A stretch of 64,000 nucleotides of DNA from Eledone cirrhosa (taxonomy: Eukaryota), in contig OZ024741.1 of the NCBI GenBank assembly GCA_964016885.1, forward strand, positions 394,382,001 through 394,446,000. The letters are read 5' to 3'. Made by a program: the position numbers and the translations under genes. Shown here one piece after another: positions 38,491 to 51,769 of this stretch. The number at the start of each line of letters is the position of its first letter. Position 1 is the first letter of the stretch. The notes under the pieces were generated by a model. That model did not search any database. It was not told the DNA's origin and saw only the letters and a program-made list of their open reading frames with translations.

Positions 38491-38675
38491 TAGAGTTACG
38501 GCCTTAACAATAATACAAATAATAATAGGATATAGAAATTCAACAGATATAGACCGGCACGCATAGACGTACAGACGCGCACGGACATGTATATATCCAT
38601 ACATACACACAGACACAGGAACCCACACACGCACATAAGTGTGTACACACACACACACACACACATATATATCAA

Positions 38676-39830
38676 CATCATCATCATCATCATCATCATC
38701 ATCACCGTTTTACGTCCATTCTTCCACGCTAGCATGGGTTAGATGGGTTGTCCTGTTGTGGACAATGCCAGGTCAGGTAACCATATCTTGCTCACACAGA
38801 GCTGTTTCTGGCTTGATTTCTACAGCTGGGTGCCCTTCCTAACACCAACCTCATTTACAGTGAGTGCTGGGTGCTTTTTTACCGTGGCGCCTACATGGCC
38901 ACTTTACAGTGTGGGCTGGGTGTTTTTTTTGTGTTGACACCCCCACGACTACTTTGCAGTGGGGGGTGGGGGCATATTGTCTATATGCTTCAGCTTCAGT
39001 TTGTACCCGTGGGAAGTCGGTTCTTCTGCATTACTGTGTGACACCAGAGGTCTCGGTCCTGTGTCATCACCTTTGAGAGTTGCAATTGAGCAAGGTCAGC
39101 TTTTATCGCCTCATCCCAGGTATTCTTGGGTCTCCCCACTCCAAGGCTTCCATCAACTTCTAGTGCTCTGTACCTTTTTATGCAGCTGTCATCCTTCATA
39201 CGCATCACATGTCCATACCAACGCAACCGCCTCTCCTGCACGCAGCATTTGATTCCTCTTATGCTCAGTCGCTCTCTCATTTCGTTTATGCTTTGCCGTT
39301 CGCATATATTACTATTACACATCCATCGGAGCATGCAAGCTTCGTTTCTTTCTAATCTATGCAAGTTTTCTACACACATCACCCAGGTCTCACTGCCATG
39401 CAACATTGCTGTTCGTATGCACGCATTATAGTCTGCCTTTCATTTTGAGGGAAAAGCCTTTTGCAGCCAGCAGTGTTAGTAGCTCCCTGAACTTCTTCCA
39501 TCCCGTTCTTACCCTGGTTACTGTACTTTCAGAACACGCACCTCCGCTGCTAATTTGGTCACCTAGGTTGCAGAAGCTTTCTACTGTTTCTACGGAGCCC
39601 TCCCAGAGTTTTCTAGTGCTTGTTTCCTGTGGCCGTTTGCTGCTTACTGTCCCGGTGCAACTGCTGAATGTAAAGGCTACATTCTTAACTAAACTTCCTG
39701 AGATCCCGAACCCAGTTTGTATTTGGGGCAGAGGATGGAATTCCTACCTACACCTTTCCTACATACTGAGCAAGGCCATTTCCCTGGGGGCATCTGAGTT
39801 CTGTTTTCTCGTCTATTTACGAGGACCTTA
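38676..39830 (-). mobile_element. RTE-clade LINE 3' fragment with (GAT)n tail
   Basis: KWPCSVCRKGVGRNSILC; MLHGSETW; RRLRWYGHVMRM; GRPKNTW; 3' UTR ends in the (CAT)n run at 38676-38704. Confidence 0.88.
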
Positions 39831-39880
39831 ATATATATACAGACATACACATGTACACATACACGCTTACATGCACACAT

Positions 39881-39920
<40 letters not shown>

Positions 39921-40900
39921 TTAAAATAACAGATTAAAGTTTAAGCAAAGAATCGCTGCTTTCATCCTTAACGGGATCTTCTGAAACTAAAAAAATCAGT
40001 CTGTGAACGCAGAAGTAAATATTTCGAAAAACGTTGCAACCGAACGAAAACAGGAAGACGATACTTTGGTTCAGGAAGACGTTCCCTGGCAATGAGCGGG
40101 GAAAAGTGAAGATAATACGTCGTTATGTGGAGCGGTGAGAACAATTACACGCAAAAACAAAACCACGTTTATGGTATAAATGGAGTCGTAGACTAATATT
40201 CTATTTAGGAAACCGAATGATTCTCGGCTTCAGAGTTAAGAATAATTGTTTCTACACTTGGCACAAGGCCAGCAATTACCCAGTGCATTACTGGTACTTT
40301 ATTTTATCGACCCCGTAAGGATGAAAGGCAAAGTTAACCTCGGCGGGATTTGAACTCAGATCATAAAGGGACGTAACTCTATGCTTCAAAGCATGGTGTC
40401 CGACTCTCTACCGATACTGCCAATCCACCGCCCTTCAGAGTTAAGAATAATGTAAATAAATTAGTTGAACGAAAATGACAGAGGTTATTAAAGTAATAAA
40501 AATAATAATTAAATATATACATAAACGCATCTATATACGTAAATACGGGTGCATACGCGAAAACACCCGCCATACATTCATATACATGCATGTACACATA
40601 AACACGCGCATACATACATAAAACCGCGCGACACATACGAACGTATATACCAAATACACATAAAAAATATACATACATATGTGTGTATAATTATATAAAC
40701 GTATATAAATATACACGCATAAATACGTATATAACGCACGCACACACATACGTACAGGTAAATACACATATGCTCACCAAACGTACGTCAACCAAAACAT
40801 AAAGTACACATATACACCCTTACATACGTGCAAACACGCATACACACACACACAAAATACACATATACACATAACCATATACACATATACCACTATATAT
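39921..40900 (-). mobile_element. (TA)n-anchored non-coding repeat with CAGAAGA hammerhead-like motif (copy 3), interrupted by a SINE
   Basis: Reverse complement of 9900-10701; motif at 39938-39988; right boundary approximate. Confidence 0.75.
40247..40433 (-). mobile_element. Full-length SINE with 18-bp TSD
   Basis: TSD ttcagagttaagaataat at 40229-40246 and 40434-40451. Confidence 0.93.
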
Positions 40901-40942
40901 AATATAATAAATATTATTATTATTATTATTAAAGACAAAGTT

Positions 40943-41052
40943 AATCCCGCTGATGTTAACTTTGCCTTTCATCCTTGCGGGGTCGAAAAAATAAAGTACC
41001 AGTAATGCACTGGGAAATTGCTGGCCTTGTGCAAAAAGTAAAAACAATTATT

Positions 41053-41068
<16 letters not shown>
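40943..41068 (+). mobile_element. 5'-truncated SINE with (TTA)n tail
   Basis: Same core and tail consensus. Confidence 0.85.
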
Positions 41069-41087
<19 letters not shown>

Positions 41088-41169
41088 GTGTAAACAGACA
41101 TACACCTGAATATATATAGCAGAAATAATAATAACAGCAGTAATATTTAAGAGATGGTGTATAGATACA

Positions 41170-41680
41170 TATACAGAGTTATAAGTAGCAGAAGAGCTAG
41201 ATCCCGCCCTCAATGCTAGCTGCCGCCTCACCACAGACTGTCTGAAATCTACCCCTACGGACCCGAGCGTATGGGGAAATCTGCATTCGAGCGAAACTTT
41301 CAACACTCTCTTTAGTCATTCTGATCAATTTTCTAGGTACCGCTTACTTTTTGCAAGCGCAAAGTTCTTGGGGGACTGGTCTGGTGCCCCGACTATGGCC
41401 AACATTGGTAGTCTTCTCAGTCAGGATGAGTTTCGCATCTCCATTGCACTTTGAGTGGGTCTAGAATGTCGCTGTGGGAGATCCCTTGAGTTCACAGGCC
41501 GCCATTTTTTTGTCCTACCACCTGAATGCTGGTTGTTGTGCTTTCCACACCGAGCTAAACCTGATCATTAAACAGGCCCTGGCTCGGTAAATATCTCCTC
41601 AGCTTTGGAGTCTGCTGGATTATCCAGAAGTGATGGGAAGAAACCAGACAGCCTTACCCTTCGTCCCAGGGCAAGAGATA
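41170..41680 (+). mobile_element. CRE-clade remnant
   Basis: DEFRISIAL*VGLECRCG; HTELNLII; GLSRSDGKKPDSLTLRP; similar to 49860-50170. Confidence 0.75.
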
Positions 41681-43917
41681 GAATACGATCCCGACGTTTC
41701 GTAATCTGATATAAGCAGAAATGTATGTATGTACACGTAATTCCTGATGGAGTCACATGGACGTCATTGTGACATACTTATCTTGGGCATATATTAAGCT
41801 TTACGGAGCCCATCCCATTCCCAGTTTTAACGGAGCCAATTTCTTCTAAAGAAGGGGACATAGAATGACAGAGAGGATGTGAGAAATAGATATAATAGAA
41901 GAATTGACACTAACAGTGGACTGGTATTTTTTTCATCGATCTTGAAAAGATGAAAGGCAAATAAGGCCTCGGTGGGTTTTGAACTTAAGACGGAGGGGGC
42001 AGGAATGAATACTGCAAAATATTCTATCCGACGTTCTAACCATTTTTCCAACTTGCTGCCTTGTAAAACAGAAATAATTGATTTGCTGCTGCTGTTTCAG
42101 GTTGTTTTCGTTCGCCTGGTCAAGCAAGATCAGAGATGAGTGATCAGTTTCCAGGTCCTACCACGAGGAGGTTGATAAACTTGGGCCCTAGAAATAATGC
42201 CGTTCTCGAGCCTAGAATCAAACCCAATCCACCTGAGTGAAAAACAGGAATCCTCCCCTGCTTGGTGCATGATCTCCCACACTAAGAAGCTAGATACAGC
42301 CCAGAATGACACATTAACGTTTATTACCGGATGTCTCCATCCTTCACCAACTGCGTATCTACTTGTACTCTCAGGCATTGCTCCTGCACCCCTTCGTAAA
42401 GAGCATCACTCACATAGGCTGGTAACCAACGCTTCACTAGACCCAAATTATGCGTTCCATGACATGGTTGAAGATTCTCTGGGCCAACATCGCTTGAAGT
42501 GACACCACTCTTTTCATGTCACGCAGCAAAGCTGTGACACTCAGATTTCAATATGCTTCAGACGTGCAGAGCTAGCTGGCAACAGACATCTCGACATATC
42601 CCACAGAAAGTCAACCCCAAAATGCGACCCTTCCCCTAGGCACTAACCTTTCTCTCGGGGGGGGGGGGGGCTTGAATTGGTTACGCACAGGTGTCGGCCG
42701 ATTCAATGCAGTCATGCACCACTGGGGGATGCGTCCATCAGCATCTTGCCAGTGTGGCTCACGAGAATATACTGAACATATACTGCCCGGACCTCCGTCT
42801 ACCAAAGAATATGGACCTCACACACCATTATCCTGTAGCAGTGAATGAAATGTATTTTCCTTCTGCGGCGGAATGGTGTTACGGAGGTAAGTTGGCTGAA
42901 GTGTGAGCCAATCGAAACCTTCGGTGCACTAATTGGACTGTCCAGAACTACGTCACCAGGTGAGCGGAGGTAACCAAGAGAGACATTAGTCTACACGCAC
43001 CTCTCTTATCGACAAGACCAGGCTACACTCATCGCTGCTAACAACATCTCCATCTTGCAATGAAGCGGACCAAACTACATCCTACACATGTAGATACTAC
43101 CTGTACCTAATGTATCCGTTCAACATGTACAACTAATAAATAGAGTTACAACATCGATAATGGATTTAGTCAATGTTCTAAATGCCTTCTGATTTCTATT
43201 ATGTATACCAAGAATTGACCCTAAAACCCGTTATAAATGGTGACCCCGACGTGATACGATACAACAAATCACATTATAAATGGTGACCCGAACGTTTAAG
43301 GACATCAACACAGAAGAAACCACATCTTTCCGTTGCAACGAACACATCAACATTTCGCATCCCCCCCCCCCCCCCAAAAAAAAAAAAAAAGCCACTCGCC
43401 TTTTCTCGGGGTATGTACGCGATTAGCTTGAGTCCTAATATGTATTTGATATATTGTCTTATTGTTACTAAATCTGCACATCACACCTTCACTTTCTAAC
43501 ATCACCGAACACATGCGTTAATACAAAAATCTTATTTTTTCCTCTCAATTTCTGATTGGGCGACGCTATAAAAAAAACAAAAAAAAAAAAAAACTGTTGG
43601 CGCCGATCCCAGTCAGAGCAAGATGGCCGACTTCCGTCTTCTTCAGCTGTTTTCCCGCCAAAATGACGGAGGCAACGCCATTTTGAAAAGTACACAAAAA
43701 GAAAAAAAAAAATAAATAAAATAATAGGACAAAGATAAATCATAATTTTTTTTTTAAAGCTTGACGTTTTCCCCTCCAACATTGTTTTTGATATATTTTT
43801 CTTTTTCTGTCTTTCACTCGGATTATATTTTTTCTTGGCCTGAATTTTCACTTTTGTCTCGGTGACAAGTGCAGAGTTGTCCTTTCTTTGCCCTTTGCTT
43901 TTACATCAGTATACACA

Positions 43918-44826
43918 ATGGGTAGCACTTCATTGCCACCGTTTACCGGTGACGTCACTGTCTGGTTCGCCCAGATAGAAGCACATTTCACAGCGAATAA
44001 CATCACCAGTGACCACAGACAGTTAAATCTCCTGTTAAGCGCTTTTCCAGCGTCATTGACGTCGGTCGTCAAAGACTTAATTACAGATCCTCGCCCTGGG
44101 GCCACCTATGAGAGCGTGAAGCTCGAAGTGTTGCGGCGGACCACATTGTCCGCAGAAAAAAAATTTCAGACGCTCGTCAATGACGAACATTTGGGTGATC
44201 GGACGCCCACACAACTACTGCGTCGGATGAGAGAGCTGGCGGAAGATGCCCCAGCTGACAGTGCCCTCCTTAGACAGCTTTTTGTCTCAAGGCTACCCCC
44301 CGGAGTTCAGGCGATCTTAGCGCCCATGATGGAGGCTGCTCCTGTCGACCAGCTAGCGGCTTCGGCCGACAGGGTTATGAGTGTCATCGGACACCCAGCC
44401 TCATTTGCCCCCTTCCAGGCACCTCAGCCACCGGCTGCGGTCAATCCGTTCTCTCCTGCCTCCTTCCAGGCACCCCAGCCACCGGCTGCGGTCAATCCGT
44501 TCGCTCCTGTCTCCTTCAATGCATCCCAGCCGCCGACTGCGGTCGCTTCCTTCACTCCAGCGGCTGCCAGTTATACCGACCAGTCACTTGCAAATGCAGC
44601 AATGCTGCAAGCAATAGAGCAGCTAACCAAGGAAGTGAGAAAACTAAGCACTCACAGGGCTCATTCGCCCAGACGCCGTTTCCAGAGCCGTTCACCCTCG
44701 CCACGACGCCGTCACACAAGCAGTTCAGGTTTGTGTTACTACCACAGCCGTTTTGGCGCAGCAGCACGCTCCTGTAAACAGCCTTGTACATTTTCGGACC
44801 AGGGAAACAGATTTCAGGAGACCTGA
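43918..44826 (+). CDS. gag: Gag with CHCC zinc knuckle and 17-aa Pro/Ala repeats
   Basis: ATG at 43918; LPPF...[10 protein letters not shown]; [14 protein letters not shown]; [18 protein letters not shown]. Confidence 0.93.
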   Translation: MGSTSLPPFTGDVTVWFAQIEAHFTANNITSDHRQLNLLLSAFPASLTSVVKDLITDPRPGATYESVKLEVLRRTTLSAEKKFQTLVNDEHLGDRTPTQLLRRMRELAEDAPADSALLRQLFVSRLPPGVQAILAPMMEAAPVDQLAASADRVMSVIGHPASFAPFQAPQPPAAVNPFSPASFQAPQPPAAVNPFAPVSFNASQPPTAVASFTPAAASYTDQSLANAAMLQAIEQLTKEVRKLSTHRAHSPRRRFQSRSPSPRRRHTSSSGLCYYHSRFGAAARSCKQPCTFSDQGNRFQET

Positions 44827-44866
44827 GCACGGCACAGTCTCCTCTGACCCTCCCTAATAACCGTGT
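44802..44866 (+). promoter_or_regulatory. -1 ribosomal frameshift signal (slippery heptamer plus putative pseudoknot)
   Basis: G GGA AAC in the gag frame, pol in the -1 frame; 7-nt spacer; stem aggagac/gtctcct; loop gcacgg can pair with ccgtgt (44861-44866). Confidence 0.75.
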
Positions 44867-47800
44867 GTTTTTCATCACAGACACTGAGTCGCAGGCACGT
44901 TGTCTGATCGACACCGGCGCGGCTTGTAGCATTTGGCCGCTAAAACTTCTCAAAGAGAAGCCCCAACTCTCAACCGTCTCTCTGCAAGCAGTAAACCAGT
45001 CACCGATCCCCACGTACGGTCAGATTTCTCGTTCTTTGAACCTGGAATTGCGTAGAGATTTCACGTGGATCTTCACTGTTGCTGATCTGCCTTACCCCAT
45101 CCTAGGCTCAGATTTCCTGCACCACTATAACTTGATAGTGGATATGCGCAGACGCCGGTTGTTGGATGCCAACACAGAACTGTCTGTGCCGGGTACCAGA
45201 TCGACTGTCTCGTCGGTCAGCCCGGTCTTCTTTATCGCTGCTACAGAAGATCCTTACCAATCACTTTTGCATTCCTTCCCGGAATTAACAAATTTGAATT
45301 TTGTGATGAGTGAGCCTACTCACTCCACCAAGCACCACATTGAAACATCCGGAGCTCCTGTGTTTTCGCGCCCTCGCCGTCTCTCTGCTGAGAAACTGAA
45401 GGCCGCAAGGGCTGAATTCAATCACATGCTGCAGCTCGGGATCATTCGCCCATCCTCAAGCCCGTGGGCCGCACCCTTGCATTTGGTACCAAAGCGTTCC
45501 GGTGATTGGCGTCCCACTGGGGACTTTCGCCGGTTAAATGCAATGACGGTACCCGACCGCTACCCGATACCACACATACAGGATTTTGCATCTTCGCTGC
45601 ATGGATGCAACATATTCTCCAAATTGGATTTGGTCAAAGCATACCACCAAATCCCGGTGAACCCGGCAGACATACCTAAAACTGCAGTAACAACTCCATT
45701 TGGAGCGTTTGAATTTTTGACCATGCCTTTCGGTTTGCGAAACGCAGCCAGCACGTTCCAACGATTTATGGATGAAGTTGTGCGCGATTTAGACTTCGTG
45801 TACAACTACATCGACGACATTCTTGTGGCAAGTGCCTCACCTGAGGAACATGTCAATCACCTCCGTCTCCTGTTCGAGAGATTTCAAAAATACCAAGTGA
45901 GAATTAATCCGGCAAAATGTGTTTTCGGTGCTTCCTCACTTGTCTTCTTGGGCCATGTCATCAGCCCAGAAGGAATTTCACCACTACCTGATAAAGTGAA
46001 AGCGGTACAAGACCTCCAACCACCCACTTCACTTCGTCAACTACGACATTTTCTTGGGCTACTGAACTATTACAGGCGCTTTATCCCACACTGTGCGGAT
46101 CTCCTGTCTCCTCTGTCCGACCTGTTACGTAACAGGAAAAAGAAGAACGATTCCATTTCATTGGACACGAATCAGCTAAAAGCCTTCGACGAAGTGAAGC
46201 GGAAGCTTGCGGAGACATCACTGCTTGCACATCCTGTGTCTGGTGCCCAGTTTTCACTGGTTGTTGACGCATCAGGCACAGCTGTAGGTGCAGTACTGCA
46301 ACAACATCACCAACAACAGTTACAACCTCTTGCCTACTTTTCTAAACAGCTGAAGCCTGCAGAAACACGGTATAGCACATTCGGCCGTGAACTCTTGGCT
46401 ATGTACCTTGCAGTGAAACACTTTCGGCATTCACTGGAGGGTCGCCAATTTGTTATATACACTGACCACCGTCCGCTTACGTTCGCACTGCGTTCTAAGC
46501 CGGACAAATATTCACCTCGCGAAACTCGCCACTTGGACTTCGTTTCGCAATTTACCAGCGATATCCGACACATCTCTGGTGAACAGAATGCGGCGGCAGA
46601 TGCACTGTCTCGCCTCCCAATTAATTCCCTGTCATCGCCAGCGGAAATCGACCTCCAACGAATGGCCACAGAACAACCACCTCTGGATACTTTGGACCTC
46701 TCGTCTTCTGAATTTGCAACTGGCAAATTTGCATATCTGCCTGTGCCCACTTCGGACACACAGATTATCTGCGACACCTCGACAGATGCACCTCGCCCTC
46801 TAGTGCCAGTGACTCATCGTCGAGCAGTTTTCGACACCTTGCACGGTCTGGCACACCCTGGAATATCGACCACAGTGAAGCTCATTTCGGCTAGATTCTT
46901 CTGGCCTAATATGAGGCGTGACATCACTGCCTGGACACGTTCCTGCCTATCCTGCCAAAAGTCAAAGGTGCACAAACACATCCGCGCACCCCTTGGAACT
47001 TTCAGCACTCCAGACGCTAGGTTCAGCCATGTCCATATAGATCTTGTCGGACCATGGCCGGTCAGCCGAGGATTTACATACCTCCTGACCTGCATAGATC
47101 GCTTCACACGTTGGCCTGAGGCCATTCCTTTAAGTGACATTTCGGCGGAATCTGTGGCGCGAGCTCTAGTATCGGGTTGGATATCGCGTTACGGAGTTCC
47201 AGCCACTATCACCACTGACCGCGGTGGACAATTTGAGTCACACCTTTTCCGAGAGCTTTCAAGGATCCTGGGAATGCAACGCATTCGAACGACCAGCTAC
47301 CATCCAGCTTCTAACGGAATGATTGAACGCTTCCACCGCCAATTGAAAGCCGCACTGCGCGCTTATCCGGATCAGCAGCGGTGGAGCGAATATGTACCAA
47401 TTGTCCTCCTGGGCTGTCGTGCAGCCATCAAGGAAGATCTAGGCTACTCCCCCGCCGAGTTGGTTTACGGAGTGCCTATATCTCTGCCTGGTCAGATGTT
47501 AGCTCCATTGGACCTACCAGCAACAGACCCAGCTCTGTATGTGAGCAGACTGCAATCATATTTCAGCAATCTTCCGCCTATGCACCCTCGCCAACAGACA
47601 ATCAAATCTTCGGTCCCGAAAGACATTGCTTCATGGACCCACGTCTTTTTACGAAAGGACGCCGTGAGAGCTCCTCTCATGCCACCTTATACCGGTCCCT
47701 ATCGCGTGCTTGAGCGCACAGATAAGCTATTCACCCTAGACATTGGGGGTAAAAAAGAGACTGTGTCCATTGACAGGGTAAAACGGGCCTATACAGACAC

Positions 47801-47963
47801 TCTCACACAAGAGCCCCATTTTCCCCCCACATACACCTGGCATCAGCCAAGCCACAATACACATATAACATCGCACACACCTACACCTACATATGTCACC
47901 ACCACACGTAGCGGTCGGCGAGTACATTGGCCCAAGAAGCTTTGCAAGACTCTTTATATATGA
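44802..47963 (+). CDS. pol: Pol polyprotein (PR-RT-RNase H-IN), expressed by -1 frameshift
   Basis: Open frame 44784-47963; [46 protein letters not shown]. Confidence 0.96.
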   Translation, partial: GKQISGDLSTAQSPLTLPNNRVFFITDTESQARCLIDTGAACSIWPLKLLKEKPQLSTVSLQAVNQSPIPTYGQISRSLNLELRRDFTWIFTVADLPYPILGSDFLHHYNLIVDMRRRRLLDANTELSVPGTRSTVSSVSPVFFIAATEDPYQSLLHSFPELTNLNFVMSEPTHSTKHHIETSGAPVFSRPRRLSAEKLKAARAEFNHMLQLGIIRPSSSPWAAPLHLVPKRSGDWRPTGDFRRLNAMTVPDRYPIPHIQDFASSLHGCNIFSKLDLVKAYHQIPVNPADIPKTAVTTPFGAFEFLTMPFGLRNAASTFQRFMDEVVRDLDFVYNYIDDILVASASPEEHVNHLRLLFERFQKYQVRINPAKCVFGASSLVFLGHVISPEGISPLPDKVKAVQDLQPPTSLRQLRHFLGLLNYYRRFIPHCADLLSPLSDLLRNRKKKNDSISLDTNQLKAFDEVKRKLAETSLLAHPVSGAQFSLVVDASGTAVGAVLQQHHQQQLQPLAYFSKQLKPAETRYSTFGRELLAMYLAVKHFRHSLEGRQFVIYTDHRPLTFALRSKPDKYSPRETRHLDFVSQFTSDIRHISGEQNAAADALSRLPINSLSSPAEIDLQRMATEQPPLDTLDLSSSEFATGKFAYLPVPTSDTQIICDTSTDAPRPLVPVTHRRAVFDTLHGLAHPGISTTVKLISARFFWPNMRRDITAWTRSCLSCQKSKVHKHIRAPLGTFSTPDARFSHVHIDLVGPWPVSRGFTYLLTCIDRFTRWPEAIPLSDISAESVARALVSGWISRYGVPATITTDRGGQFESHLFRELSRILGMQRIRTTSYHPASNGMIERFHRQLKAALRAYPDQQRWSEYVPIVLLGCRAAIKEDLGYSPAELVYGVPISLPGQMLAPLDLPATDPALYVSRLQSYFSNLPPMHPRQQTIKSSVPKDIASWTHVFLRKDAVRAPLMPPYTGPYRVLERTDKLFTLDIGGKKETVSIDRVKRAYTDTLTQEPHFPPTYTWHQPSHNTHITSHTPTPTYVTTTRSGRRVHWPKKLCKTLYI

Positions 47964-49229
47964 ACTATGTTATTTACAGCAATCTTCTTGGAGTTTGCTC
48001 CGCCCTTGTATTTGTATTAAATGTATGAACTAAGGTGAACATTACACTATTTCTGACTTTCCTGTAATATGAACATTTCTTTATCAGTGATATATTTTAT
48101 TGTGTTTACTATTATATAGTACTTTTTCTTTCATTCAACTGCTACCCTTATTTCTCTGTCGGCTGTAAGCCTAAGCAGGGGGTGATGTAGCAGTGAATGA
48201 AATGTATTTTCCTTCTGCGGCGGAATGGTGTTACGGAGGTAAGTTGGCTGAAGTGTGAGCCAATCGAAACCTTCGGTGCACTAATTGGACTGTCCAGAAC
48301 TACGTCACCAGGTGAGCGGAGGTAACCAAGAGAGACATTAGTCTACACGCACCTCTCTTATCGACAAGACCAGGCTACACTCATCGCTGCTAACAACATC
48401 TCCATCTTGCAATGAAGCGGACCAAACTACATCCTACACATGTAGATACTACCTGTACCTAATGTATCCGTTCAACATGTACAACTAATAAATAGAGTTA
48501 CAACATCGATAATGGATTTAGTCAATGTTCTAAATGCCTTCTGATTTCTATTATGTATACCAAGAATTGACCCTAAAACCCGTTATAATCCCACTATCGT
48601 GAGCTAGTTTCAACGCCTGGTGGGGACATCATACACGCAAGAAGAAGAAGAAGAAGAAGAAGTAACGATTTTAAAAAAATTACTGTTTGTTATACTTCCA
48701 ACGTCATTACTGTAAGTAGCAACAAAGGTGGTGCATTTGGATACAATTTACATCATTTCCCTTACATTCTGAGTTCAAATCTTGCTACTGGTGATTTTAT
48801 TTTGATCCTTAAAATTAATAGCAGCCATGTAGAGGCATCGATTAAATTAATTATACCCCTCTCCAACAAATTTATGACCATATGTCAACGTTCTACTAGC
48901 TAACACAAATATATAACAAAACAAAAAAAACACTGTATCTGAAGTGTATGAGCTAAAAGTATATTTATACATTAAATGAGGAAGTTGTTGACATACTACC
49001 AGTGACGAATTAGTTATTTTCTTATTGGATAGCAATTAAGAAGCAACATACATCACATGATAAATGCTGAAGTAGTTAATCCTCAAGTGAGCGACTGGTT
49101 GTTAAGAAGAAGAAGATTTCACTGAGCAGCCTGCTTGATAGTTGTTTACTAGTACAGTGACAATAAAACAATAAACCAGTATTCTAAGTAACAGCCGGCT
49201 TCTCAACACCAACAGCTAATCGACCTGTT

Positions 49230-50480
49230 TGCAGAGTCCTTCCCTTCTATCGCGGTCCCTCCCCCGTCGGCTTCGCCTTCGAGTCAATCTTCCAATCGAA
49301 GATGGTTGGCCTTGAGCAGCTGCTGAGGAATATCGAAGTTATCGAACCCCATCAAGGTTTCTTCATACTCAGGAACTACCTGTCTATTCCTAAACTTCTG
49401 TATCTGCTCAGGGTCAGCCCCTCTCACAGATTTCCGTCCTGCCTCCAATGCTTCAACGACCTAATCTTCGAGAGACTCGAGTGCCTGGTCAATGTTAGAC
49501 TCTCTCCAGAGTCCCGCGAACAGGCTGCGTTGCCCAAGCGATTTGGGGTCTTGGTCTTCGTAAGTGTTCGTCCCTCTCTCTCCCCTGCTTCCTTTCCTCC
49601 ACCCTGGTGAGCAGCATCCTCTCCTCTCCAACATGGACTAGTTCCAACAGGGAGTTGGGTGAAGCTCTCTGGCAATGGAGTGAGTGGGGCTTGTCTCTTT
49701 CTGAGAAGGTGGAGGACAGTCGAAGTCAGAGAAATTGGGACAGCATAAGTTCGAAGGCCACCTTCGACTTCCTCTTCGTCCACATCAGATCAGTTTGCAA
49801 GGTGCCGCTTACTGTCTGCCAGCGCCAAATACTCAGGTGATTGGATTGATGCCCTACCCGTGGCCAAGGTTGGTGGCCTACTCAGCCTGGACGAACTTCG
49901 TGTCTCCATCGCCTTCAGAGTGGGAGCTGATGTCTGCATGGGTTTGAGGTGCCGATGCGGCAAACTCCTCGACTCCACAGGCCTCCACGGTCTTTTTTGC
50001 CGCCTGAATGCCGGCCGCTTCGCGCGTCACACGGAGCTAAACATCATTCTGAAGAGAGCTTTGGCCCGGGCCAATATCCGCTCAGTCTTGGAACCATCTG
50101 GGTTGTCCAGAAGTGCCGGCAAAAGACCTGACGGTCTTACCCTTTTCCCCTGGTCGAGAGGCAGGTGCCTTGTCTGGGACGTCACTGTTAGTGACTCTTT
50201 TGCTCTTTCCCACATCTTGGATGCTGCGGTTAGGACGAGAGCTACAGCTTCCGCAGCCGAGCGGAGTAAGACCCTCAAATACTCTGATCTGTTGGCCAGC
50301 TACATTTTTCAGCCTGTGGCTTTCGAGAAGTTTGGGGGAGTCGGGCCGCTGACTGCGAGGTTCCTCTCTTCACTGGCGGCTCGCCTAATAGAGTAACTGG
50401 CGAATCTAGCTAGGGCGCTTGGCTGTTTCAGCGCATCAGCCTCGCCATCACCCGAGGCAACGCTGCGAGTGTGCTGGCTT
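49230..50480 (+). mobile_element. CRE-clade non-LTR retrotransposon 3' part (zinc knuckle plus PD-(D/E)xK endonuclease)
   Basis: SIPKLLYLLR; CRCG...GLHGLFC; RFARHTELN; GKRPDGLTLFPWSRGRCLVWDVT; AAERSKTLKY; FQPVAFE.FG; LFQRISLA...GNA. Confidence 0.9.
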
Positions 50481-51039
50481 GCCTCAAAAATCATTATAGA
50501 GGTTGCCCAGTACTCCTCGCGACGTTGCTGTCTTTTGCTCTGGTGTTGACACCGTTGTTCATCCCTTCCTTTACATTTTCTTTAATATTGTAACATTAAA
50601 AGAATATATCCTTCTGAAAGAATCGCGAGCTATTTATAATGTTGTCTAAGCATTTGTAATGTTATTTATGTATATATTTAAAACATATTTGTTATGTTAT
50701 TCTACTGTAAATTTATTTATATGCTCTCTTTATATTTTCATTCTGAAAGAATTGCAAAAGATTTGTAATGTTATTTATACAACTATGAATAAAATTGATA
50801 ACGAGAAAGGATTATGAACCCTTAGCTTGTAAACATCATATTCTACGTTTGTTAATCAGAACAAGCTAAATATAGCAGGCACTCAAATATTTATGCACAG
50901 TTCAATCTCTGTTTATGACCACATTCTAAGTGATAGTCTCAAGAAAGCAGCACACTCTAAATTTATAAATTGTGATTGGTTTCATGTAGTATACTTCTAG
51001 CTATGAAAATATCTTTCAAAGGCAGGCGACACAGACAAG

Positions 51040-51390
51040 TATCTTCTTTTTCTTAGGTGCCCAAGCCTGACCAGCCAAGCTCATGGTTGCTATTCAACCA
51101 TCATGCTCGTGGTCTACCCCTGGGTCTGCTACCGGTTGGTTTTGTTCATAAAATCTGTTCAGTAATTCTTTCCTGAGACATTCTAAACCCATGTCCATAA
51201 TAGCAGAGCTATGATCTCTCAATTCGGAGAAGTAGCAGCATTAACTGGAGCAAGTCTCTGATCTTCAAGCCTCGCACACTATCGAGTAACTATACTCCAT
51301 AGACCCTTTGGAGGAACACCATTTTGACCACTTGTATTCATGATCGTATTATTTCGCTCATTACCCAAAATCCATGACCATTGCTTTCTT
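51040..51390 (-). mobile_element. RTE 3'-end remnant
   Basis: Parallels 51830-52095 (PTGR.PRGRP-type C-terminus). Confidence 0.65.
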
Positions 51391-51769
51391 GTTACTTACA
51401 GCGGTGAAATGTTTTGCTTTACATGCCACTTTATATCTAGATCTACATGACAATCTGAAAGTTGCTCTGACCATAAATACAAAGTATGCTGCTGACACAT
51501 GTGGGTCTCGAATAACCACCCCCCTCGCTTATTAATTTTTCAGATCCCCCTCAGATCTCCCCACCCGCTTATTAAATTTTGTTACTCTATCTCTGGTGAA
51601 ATTTTATTTTAAATGGTAGCATACCTGTGACAGTTAATTTTCTTTATACATTAAAAAACATTATACATGACAAAAAAGTACATTGGAAATCCCATATGTT
51701 ATAAAATAAATAGGATGGGTTGTGGTCTCAATATGTACAATTCTTCTTTGCCCACATATTCCTGGGAGG

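Larger units (their letters stand above)
42834..48587 (+). mobile_element. Intact Ty3/gypsy LTR retrotransposon (CsRn1-like)
   Basis: 402-bp LTRs at 42834-43235 and 48186-48587, identical by eye; TSD ATCC (42830-42833, 48588-48591); 18-nt tRNA-Trp PBS at 43238-43255; PPT aagcagggggtga before the 3' LTR; uninterrupted gag and pol. Confidence 0.98.
42190..48662 (+). mobile_element. Vingi/Ingi-like LINE 3' fragment split by the LTR element (42190-42833 and 48592-48662)
   Basis: LDTAQNDTLTFITGCLHPSPTAYLLVLSGIAPAPLR; LNWLRTGVGRFNAVMHHWG..SASCQCG..EHI.CP; (AAG)n tail at 48639-48662. Confidence 0.7.

Noticed and set aside
43620-43685. Cluster of YY1-like (aagatggccg, cgccatttt) and E2F-like (ttttcccgcc) motifs in the LTR element leader
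   Set aside because: Short motifs with no independent support
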